A stretch of 57,913 bases of DNA, the filler included, from Porpidia crustulata (taxonomy: Eukaryota), in assembly GCA_964255105.1 (NCBI GenBank). It is 6 parts of 6 records of this genome, joined end to end, with 100 filler letters (N's around TTAATTAATTAA, not from the genome) between each part and the next. Parts side by side here need not be neighbours in the genome. Positions count along the whole stretch, not along the records: positions 48,355 to 57,913 come from CAXUWE010000921.1; 5 more parts are not named here. One strand, written 5' to 3'. Every line of letters starts with the position of its first letter. Position 1 is the first letter of the stretch. The translations under genes and the position numbers were made by a program. Below are positions 48,355 to 57,913 of the stretch, piece after piece. The notes below the pieces were generated by a model, which worked only from the letters and a program-made list of their open reading frames with translations, was not told the DNA's origin and made no database searches.

Positions 48355-51300
48355 CGGCACATCTATACCCCCCACCCGATTTGATCCATCGATAGCCCAC
48401 CGGACATACCCCCATCTCCTTCAATTTCTGCTGCGCCTTCATCTCCTTCTCTTTCCGCTCCTGCTGTTCCTTCCTCACCCGCTCCAGCTCCGCCAGTGCC
48501 GTTTCCCGTGCGATCCGCGCCATCTGCTCTTGGAGACGGGCTTCTTCGCGTCGGCGCTTAAGCTCGTTGAGTTCTGCGTCATCTGCGGCGGCTTGAGCCG
48601 CGAGCTGAGATAGGTGGGTAGACCTCGCGGCTTCGAGAGTTTTCGCGTTCGTGAGAGCTTCATCTCGGCTTTGGATTTGCTGGCCGGCAAGCTTTTCATT
48701 GTGAATGGCGGCTTGCTTGTCTGCTTGGAGCTGATTCCAGATTGAGTCGGAAACACCTGGGTCTCGAGTTTCCGAGGCGTCGTTATGGTGACATTCCTGA
48801 TCGTCCTTATTAGGGACATCCCGTTCTGTGACCGTAGACGTAGAAATAGTGGGCATATGTGGTTGCGGGTTATCTAGGCTTTGTGTTAATTCTCGTGGCG
48901 ATGCCGTTAAGCTCGATATTGGCAAATCAGTTGATCTGCCTTGCCGTTCTTCAAGCATCCTTTGCGTACAGCCAATAATATCCTCTGAAGATATGGTAAG
49001 AGGCCCTGTTGCTGGTGAGCTAGCTTTATACACGGCGCCTATCATATTTCTTGCTAAGGTCTGAACATCTCTAGCATTTCCCCAATTCCGAGTACGAGCA
49101 AGCTTTTCCAGCAGGTCTGCCATGAGTTTGCAGGTAGGGCTTCTGCTGTCCTTCAAGGCTTGTGCTTCTATCTCTTTATCTTTCAGGCAATTCTGTAGTA
49201 TCTGCAAACAATGGCGTGGAGTCAAATTTGGGAAGGTGATCTCTTCTGGGAAACGGCTTGATAGACCAGGGTTCATGGCCATCAAATCATTGATTTCTTT
49301 GTCATATCCGGCAAGGATGACAACTATTTTCCCCATAAACTTTGGTTTTGTAAGTAGATCAACAAATTCGTCAAGTGCTTCTTTTCCAAATGAACTACCA
49401 GAAAGCCGGTAGCTTTCATCAACCAGAAGAACTTTACCAAGTGCCTTCTCAAGCACTGCTTTGGTCTTGGGACCTGTCTGTCCAACAAATTGCCCGATGA
49501 GCTCAGAGGCTGAGGATTCGATGACTTCGACACTGGACAGAAACCCCATGTCAAAATATACTTGACCTATCTTTCGAGCCGTGGTTGTTTTCCCAGTACC
49601 TACAATCGTTATTGAAAGTGCGATCTCACGCCGGAATGGCAAGAGATTTGATAAACATACCTGGAGGGCCTTTGAATAAGAAATTCGTAGGAATCATCTC
49701 ACGCGAGCTTATACCACGAGCCTTCATAACTTGTCGCATGTGATCGTATCCTTCCAATTTTGCAATAATCAGCTCGCAGCCAACCACGTCCTCAAACAAT
49801 TTCTGTAAATTAGTGGAGGCTTGAGCTCCCCTTTCAAAATCAGGATCAAAATCTTTTGGCTCGAAGACGACATCAAAAGATTGATCAACCGAAGGTTTGG
49901 CAGATTGTCTGGCTTGCCAACGACCTTTCGCAGAGCCAATGAGGTTTTCTATCTCGCCAGCGTTGCCGAAATTTGGTCGAACTCGAGCACGACTTAGAAC
50001 CTCAATGGCTACAGATTTTGCTTCTTTGGTGGCCGCAAGATCTTGGTGTTTTAATTTCAAATCCAGAATTTCAAATAGCTCTTGATCTGTAAAGTCTTCG
50101 AAATTGAAAGCATTATCAATCGCAAACCTGATTTATCAGCTAAGTAGGTGCGTGAAAAGTCTAGGATGCTTCCCGGATTACCTTCGTGATAGACCTGGAT
50201 TTACATTCTGAAACATTGTGGTCATCTGTTCTTTATATCCGAGTAGTAGCACGCATCGATCCTCCCCTGGGACGCTCTGTACCTCGGCCACAATCGTATC
50301 AATTACAGCGGTCTTGAAAGGGTCGCTTTGGTTACCGGTACCACCACTGCCCGAATAAAGGCCGTAGAATTCATCGATGACTAGTATCTTGCCTACCGTA
50401 TTTGTTAAGATCGCCTTGGTATTCTGCTCTGATTGTCCTAAGACACTACCAGTGAAATCCGCAGGATTCTTGGTGACGACTACAAGAGACAGTGATTAGG
50501 ATGACGATTCAGGATTCTTCAACGCCGAAGGATTAGCTTACCTTCGCCATTGCTCAGGAGACCAATATCAGCCAAGATTTGACCATATAGTTTAGCGACA
50601 GATGTCTTCCCAGTACCTGGAGAGCCGAGGAAGATGCGGTTGAGTGAGACTTCAATAGGAGACTGTTCGGCCAATTCTCGTTTGTAATTGATCTCGATGC
50701 GGCCAATCATTTGCCGAATCGATTGCTTGACAGTACTAAGGCCTGTCAGCTCTTGCAGCTTCGCCCAAGCTTTACTCTTCAAGATGGCGGACGATGGATT
50801 GGGACCTATGAGATCTTCCTTGGAGAGCATGTAGTCATTTGGGGTTAGCCCGTGCCGACGCTCATGATTGACTCGTTCAGCTTGACGTTCGGTGACCTTA
50901 GAAAAGCTGATTTGTAGCGCTCGCGCGTTGCCAAAGCCAGGACGACCTCGACTGTTGCCGACACGCCGGGCAAGTATGCGCAAATAGAGACCATTTCTTC
51001 CACCTTCGACTTCCATCTTCCCACCGTATTTTTTATCTATGATTTTGCCCAACATCCATAAAAGTTCGTTATCTTCGTAGTCAGCGAATTGCAGTCGGTA
51101 TGGGACTCGACTATTCAGTCCTGGATTGTGCTCAAAGAGTTTTTCCATTTCCTTATTGTAACCAGCGACGATAAAAACGATCTTTCCAACATTTTCTTCC
51201 ATTTCAGCTAGCAAAAAGTCAAGTACTTGGCGTCCTCCAAAATTGTGCTGATCCGCAAGTTGGTAGCTTTCGTCGACGAACAGGGCGCCTCCTCCAGCAT

Positions 51301-54300
51301 TTTGGATCTCTTCCAAATGCTTCTTGACCCCACTCACGCCATCATTAGCAAGACGTGAACCTGTCGTTTCGATAAATGAAAGCCCTGGGAGCACCCCCAG
51401 AGACGTAAGAGCTTTGGCATAAAGTCGAGCAACCGTTGTTTTTCCTGAATGATCGATTAGAAAGGCAGTGAATCGAAGCCATCTTTGACATAAGGAGTGG
51501 TAGATTCAAAATGAGATGACAAATAGTATCATTCCATGCGTCATAATTCGAATCAATTGTGCGAGATACTATGCTTGAGGTGAAGAACATACCTGTCCCT
51601 GGGTTTCCTAGCAATGCTACGTTGAAGCGCTCTCCCTTGACATCTGTTCCCTGCCGTAGGCTCAAATCGACCTTAGATTTTATTCGCAGGATTTGTGACT
51701 TGACTTCTTCCAATCCGACCATATCCATGATCGCGTCAATCGCTTCATTGCTCACACTTTCTACACTCTTCTGGCGTTGCCACTCAAGTACCGCGGATGA
51801 TAGTTCTTCAGGGCCCGAAGACTGAGTATCAGCAGGCGTAGATAGTTGAGGCAGCTCCGTTGATTCTTGCGGAACCGTCTTTGGGTCATGGGCCGTAAGT
51901 TGTTTCTCTGCCGTCGCTTTTGGCTCCATTACTAGGGTGGGTGGCTTGTGATCCAAGGCAAGAATTGCTGCAACGTCCTTTTGCTTTTGCTGAATGGCCT
52001 GCAATCTTTCCTTTGCAACCTGTTGGTCGCGCAAATTCTGGGTTGCAATATCCATCTGGTCCTGCAAGTCCGCCATCTGCCTCGCGTGCTCTTGTGCTTT
52101 CCTGTCACGTTTCCGCTGGTCTTCGAAAGCCTTGTCCAATCTTTGCTGGAGATTCTTCGCTTCCCGTTCACACATGGGACACGCTACAGGAGCAGCTGCG
52201 TGGCATTTCCACTGTCGTATGTGACCTTTTGGACAAGCCGCATTCAATATATGTTCACAAGCCATTTTAGAGTGATCATGGAGCTGGTGGCACCGCTGGG
52301 GGCATAGATGGTTTCCGCAACTGAGCATTGTGCCACATGGCTCTTTACACCCTCCATCAGGACACTCGGTCTCGAAGTCGATTGATTCTCGTAAGAGTGC
52401 CCTTCGGTCTGTATGCCTCTCACATTGGACAGGAAATCCATCGTAAATGTGCCCGCCATTCTTTAGTAAATCGAAGAACCGGGTCCAAAGACCTCTCCCT
52501 TTGGGGGATCTAATAAACGTCTGCGCATTTCCGATCAAAATGAGCGCATTGCGTGCGCGAGACAGCAGTACGTTAAGCCGCTCAGGGGAAACCATGAAAC
52601 CGATATCGCCGTTCGCATTACTTCTGGTCAAGCTTGCAATAACAATCTGTAAGAATTTAAGTTTGGTCTGTTCTACGGATAGAGCTAGGGGAAGCTGCCC
52701 ACCTCGCTTTCTTCACCTTGGTAATTATCTATTTGGGGTTTATTAGCCATGTATTCGCGTAAGAATTCATAGCTTAAGGATGACAAAAGATCGAGACTCA
52801 AAGCCTCTTTACAAAGTGGAGGAGCGATTTTCGAGTAAAGGCTCGAGGCAGCCGGCATGACCTTAAAACCACAAGGATTCTAATTACGCAGAGAAGGGGC
52901 CGGCCACAGTCATAGAAATGGAGTAGAGCTACGTACCGATCGTTGAAAGGTGTATGGGTCGCTTTGACAACGTTGCACTTGCGGCAGGAAGAAGACCGGC
53001 ACGCACCAAATCGAAGGAGTCTAGATCATTTAAGATTGGGTCGTTTTCTTTACTCAAGAGATTTCGCAGTAGCTGTAGTTGGCCAAGATATGGTGTTAGA
53101 ACCACGATCTTGTCGGTACCATACCCTTGCTGCGCGAGGTATCGCACACATTTCAAGACCATTTCAGCCTCGAAAATATTACGTTTCGATGAGAAAGCAG
53201 TTGTCTCATTCGAGTTCTTGATTTCTTTATTTTCATCTTCTGCATTGTTGTGATTGACAAATATGAGGTTGTCGCTGAAGCCGCGAAGGTCAGCGCGATC
53301 CATTGTCTTCGGTGCATCCACAAGGTCAGGATACGTCAGAGAGCGAACAAGCGAGGAAATCTCGGGGCGCATTCGATGTTGCTTCAGAAGTGTCTGGTGC
53401 GGATATGCTTTTATGAGGAGTCTCTCAAATAGTGATCTATTCAGGTCATATCCTTCTCCCTTCTCTACACTAAGGAGATAATTACTGACTTTCGGCCTTA
53501 GCTGCTTGTGGTCGCCGATAAGAATCAATTGTTGTGTATTAGGCCCAAGAGCTGTGAGAATGTGGCTTTCGAGGATTTCGCCGGCCTCTTCGACTAGGAG
53601 AACGTCACGGGATGCCGCCTGAAGATCACGACTGTACTTGGCTGCTGCTGTGGTTGTACAGCCAATGATTCGTCTCTTACTCAATATATCCGCGTTATTC
53701 TTATTGAACATACTTTCGAGCTTACTCTGGCTATTGTTGTAGGCTTCGATAACATGGTAAAGATCTGAAACTTGCTCTTTAAGCATTTCAAGCTTCCAAG
53801 ACGTAAGTGCTGCATGTCTTGCCGGAATAATCATTTGCCATACGCTACGCGAATTCTTTGACACGTTCTTCTCAAATATACCTGCATCGAGGCCCCTAGT
53901 CCACCTGTCCAGAAGGTAAAACTCGTCGACAGATTTGCCCCGTTTCCCCACCCGGGTCATCCCATCCTGTGCTTTTGGTATAGTGAAAGCCTCATAGAAC
54001 GATGGACCGTCAGAAAGAAATTCAAGATACTCCATTATATCGCTCCTCTGGACGTTCGTTGCCTTGTATCGATCGAACGCGGTTCGGAGACGACCTTCCA
54101 ACAGGTTTGTCTCAGACTTCAGGTCATCGATCAAGCCCCAGGGTAGTTTACTCTGTTTGGATGTATTTCCCTGTTCGTAAAGACTCAAGGGTTTCGTCCG
54201 TTGTGTTGACTTTCCACCAATTCGGACCATGTCTTTTGCGTCTATCCCGATGTCAAGGAGATCTTCGAGAAACTGATCCAAAGCGTGATTAGTAAATGTC

Positions 54301-55906
54301 ACGACAAGAATAGTTTTTTCTGAGAATTGCAGGATAATCTTAGCAATCAGTGCTCCAATAAATGATTTTCCAGTTCCTGGAGGGATGACTAATCAGCATT
54401 ATGATTAAGAGCCATCAAGTATAGGAAGTGATTACCTGGTGGACCTTGAATCAAGCTGACCCGCTGCCGGATCCCCATTAACAAGGAGGCCCTTTGCGAA
54501 TCATCTAATTGGACTGATTGAGGTGTTTTAAGCATGGATTGGAGATCTAGATTGGGATGAGACTCAATTCTTTCGATCAATCTAGTCGGTAGATCTGACG
54601 GTTGCTTCATGACGCTTTCAAGACTCCAAAAGAGCAACTCCTCGACAAGCGGCAGTTGAGTTAGGTCTTGCAGTCTCTTCAGGACTGGCTCATAAGAGAA
54701 AACGGCGGTGTCAATCTGTATCAATCGAAATTCTTTTGCCATCTTCAGTCTGAGCATTGCTTTGGACGTGCTCTGTTCGCCTGTGAATTGCACTATAACA
54801 ATTGGGGGTTTCCTTACCAGAAGATCGACGTCCCGATATATGGTTGGGAAAGCGGCAATTTCACCATCTAGGATAAGACAGGCTAAGGACTGATGCTTGA
54901 AGATGTTGCGATTTTCTAGCAGAAAGGCCTTGCGGTCTTTCGGCTTTACCCGGCTGAGTTGAGGTAAGTCGGAATTACACTGCAGTTTCATACCCCATGG
55001 GCGACGCTTCGTTGGAAGCCCAGAATCCATGTCCACAATGGATAGCCCGTTCACGACAATGCCTCTGTGGCGCCCTTTTTTCTTACCCATCGCAATCTGG
55101 AGCTCTTCCCGCATATCGCTCAGCATATCTTCACGGAGGAGCCGAAATTGATTGTCAAGATGTAACGCTAGCGTCTTGCTGTCTCCACCTGATTGCTCAA
55201 CTGTATCAGCAACTCGAAGAAATGGCGATTCCAGAGAGGTAAGCTCATCAGCTGTAGGCGGAATTGATATCTGTCGGAAATCCACGAAGTCGTTGTCATG
55301 CCGTCCTCCGGGCCCTGCTACATCGGTGGAATGGCTTGAGGACTCGAGAGCAGAAAGAATGTGTTTAATCTTCTGGCCTACAGTGCGGATCTCAAATACT
55401 GGGGATCCGAGAAGGGAGGCTTGTAGAGTTGGCCCTCTCGCGACTTCCAGGTACGTTATACGCACGTTAGAAGGTAGCGAGATCAATTCTAACAACAACC
55501 ACCCAAAGCACTGCTGTCCGTCCAAGGACAATTCTCCTTGAATATACGATCTGGCAAAGGCATTCCAAAAGATTGGCGGCTCTACCATTTGCAAGATTAT
55601 ACGTTGTAAAAATTCCCCTCCACAGATAACCTTCAGTGCTGGGTCTTGAATGTACTGAAGTATTTTCGTCGTTGGGCCATTAAAGAATCTAGGAGAAGCA
55701 TCGAGTCGCATGCAGGTCTGTATGGACATAAGACCCTGAGGCTGAGATAAAATCTTTTCTATACTTGTGGCTGGATCTGGTTGCCCACACAGAGCTTCAA
55801 TAAACAGATCTCCATCCTTGGCACCTTTCAAAAGTCTTTCTCCGCGTATGACGGAGTTGAAGAACTTTGAAAGCTTAGAGTCCCGCAATGACAATGTAGC
55901 CTGCAT
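48355..55906 (-). CDS. ZNFX1-like UPF1/SF1 RNA helicase + NF-X1-type Zn finger + three CbbX/SpoVK-type AAA+ modules (~2300 aa; last residues lost at contig end); exons 55906-54436, 54376-52937, 52728-52703, 52646-51593, 51444-50542, 50479-50182, 50127-49661, 49599-48355
   Basis: Seven GT-AG introns give one continuous frame. ZNFX1-type blocks: RHDNDFVDFRQISIPPT, HLDNQFRLLREDM. Helicase motifs: QGPPG|TGKS, TNHALDQF, VEEAGE, IGDHKQLRP, QHRMRPEIS, TI|DNYQGEE, RLNVLLSRAR. Cys/His cluster: CGNHLCPQRCH. Three AAA+ modules: GNPGTG|KTT/FVDESY, GSPGTGKTS/VIDEFY, GPPG|TGKTT/LVDESY, each followed by NPGLxxR and [FW]GNA. Confidence 0.93.
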
Positions 55907-56584
55907 CTTTATCGTGATACTTCCAGAGGCTTGCAGTCTTTCTAAGTGAACCGAATCTATTAATCTGTATCAGTGTGGCCTCGTCTTCTTCTTATTCAAG
56001 GACAAGCAATATGGAGGTAATGATCATCGAAACAAGAGAAATTTGTTTAAGAATTCGCGTGATATCTAGACCGCGTTCCAGCGTAAGCAAGCAGAATGGT
56101 GTGAATGGTAAGGATGGTCGTTTGTGAATGCAAGCTGCCAGGGTTCACATGCTGTGCGACGCGAGCCCGCATATACTATTCGTTATCCTCCACCAAATCG
56201 TAATTCTTGATGAGGGTATGGTAATCTTTCCTATTGATGCTCGAGCGTAAGTAGTATTCCTATCACAATATTGAAGGCTTAGGTGACCCATCCAGTCAAT
56301 CACCTCGAGTCTGACATGGCTCCGCAGAGAAGCTGATCGAATATTTATGCAGTTTTTCATTTGCCTGACACAAAACTAAACATGTCGGACGTTCCACCGT
56401 GTACAATACTTGCTCGACATACAGATTTCTACTGAGAGACTTGGAAAAAAACCAACGATTTTGGAAATAACGATTCCCAATATGCCACGATATCTTTTTG
56501 ATTTTCAATCGAATTGTAATAACATCGCGCAATTGGGTGCAATTATCGCCCTTAGCTTTACATACCTGATGTCGTATCTTCTCA

Positions 56585-57457
56585 TTATAATTTATGCCTC
56601 TTTTCTCCACTAGCAATTTTTCTAAACTCATCCTGCGGTATTCCACTCACAAATCTCTCTAGGCCGCCCAAGACTTCCGCGACCGTTTGCCCGTCCATCA
56701 TGTCTCTCTCCGGCTTCCTAATTAAAGCTTTGATCTTGACCAAACTATCACTATTCAAGTGATCTCCAAGCTTATCCCCCACCTCTTTCAACACCTCTTC
56801 CAGAAATATATCTCGGTTATCTTTGCTTGTCTCGAATATCTTATTGACGAATCCAACCTGTAGCATCTCCTCAGCCGTGATTCTCTTGCTCATGATCAGC
56901 GCTTCGTTCGCTTTGCTGATACCCAATCTCTGCACAAAAGCTACACTTGCGCCACCTTCGGCAACGAGCCCTAGACTCGAAAATGGCGTAAGGAGGAACG
57001 CATGCGGAGCAGCATAGATAAAGTCGGAGAAAGCGATAAGCGCAGCGGAGAGACCGACTGCGGGACCGTTAAGTGCGGTGATGAGGATGTTGGGATGGGT
57101 ATAGAAAGCGTTGGTAATCTCAAGGTTGTTGGATACGAAATTGCGGAGTGACTCGCGGCGGACATCGGTTCCTTCTGAAATCGTGCGAGACATTGTAACG
57201 TCTGCTCCTCTGCAGGCTATGTCAATTGATTGCCAATGCCGGATGTTACTAGGAAGTGCTTACGCAGAAAAGAAGCGTCCTTTGCCAATCAAGATAGTGA
57301 TGTAGATTCCATCACGCCTTCCAGCTTCGCGCATCAAGCTGGAGAGGCGGTAGTAGAGATCTTGGGTTAGGGCGTTGAGCTTCTTCTCAATATTGAGTGT
57401 GATGATAGCAATTTTGCTTTGAGTGGTTAAGGTGATCTGCTCCTCAAGGGTAGACAT
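56585..57457 (-). CDS. ECI1: Peroxisomal delta3,delta2-enoyl-CoA isomerase (crotonase fold); exons 57457-57264, 57209-56585
   Basis: GKGRFFSA|GADV, ALNGPAVGLSAALIA, PFSSLGLVAEGG; C-terminal -HKL resembles a PTS1 signal. Confidence 0.92.
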
Positions 57458-57913
57458 CGTTGGAATGGGTAAGTTGAAGTTGCTCCTGGAGATGGAGAAA
57501 GCAGTCGTTAAGCGCGAGTGAATAGAAAGAGTTGTTGAAGGCGCTCAGGGAGGCAGGAATACAGTGTATAGTCTCAAACCACCGTCAAACAAATAAAAGT
57601 GATCATTCATGCTGCTATTCTAAATTATATCTATGTCCGAGCCGTTGTGACGAATTGGCTGGTGGTGTGGGGTAGCATGGGAAGGTAAGTACATTCGGCG
57701 GAGAAGAAACTAATTGTGGACATCATCCTCCGGTCATTGATGCCCACATCAGTTCAAGACACGGCGCACGGTGTGATAGTCCACCAGCCTCATGATGATG
57801 ACTAACTATCGCGATTTATTAGGTATGGCATTATCGACAAAATAGTTCTTGTATAGATTTAGGGAAAGTATAACGGTACACCCCCTTTGTTTACACGTAC
57901 ACCCCCCTCCCAC

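Noticed and set aside
5215..55906. CCCH-RBR ligase and ZNFX1-AAA helicase as one linked defence cluster
   Set aside because: They are on different contigs joined artificially; there is no evidence of physical linkage.
1..57913. CRISPR arrays, rRNA, tRNA or prokaryotic operons
   Set aside because: None seen; the genes carry spliceosomal introns and are fungal.

Overview
Eukaryotic, intron-rich DNA from a filamentous ascomycete (Pezizomycotina; a lichen-forming lineage is possible but only inferred). The window is not one locus. It is six contigs of 9576, 9572, 9571, 9569, 9566 and 9559 bp, in strictly decreasing length, joined by an identical artificial 100-bp spacer (44 N + TTAATTAATTAA + 44 N), so neighbourhood across spacers means nothing. 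Housekeeping genes with reconstructable exon structures: RNase H2 subunit B, TBP, a sarcosine/pipecolate-oxidase-family flavoprotein, CLU1, HUT1, HPM1, COA3, PTA1/symplekin, an Srk1/Rck2-type kinase and peroxisomal ECI1. Accessory content: a frameshifted TPR+ankyrin gene, a mutated Ty3/Gypsy-like gag relic missed by the ORF track, a MITE-like 220-bp foldback element with telomeric motifs, and several secreted proteins. The two most interesting genes look like RNA-sensing or immunity-type modules. One is a ~2300-aa ZNFX1-like SF1 helicase fused to three CbbX/SpoVK-type AAA+ modules and a C-terminal Cys motif (contig 6). The other is a 4xCCCH + RRM-like + RBR E3 ubiquitin ligase (contig 1). Their functions are inferred, not shown. 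All splice sites were read by eye and no database searches were run.
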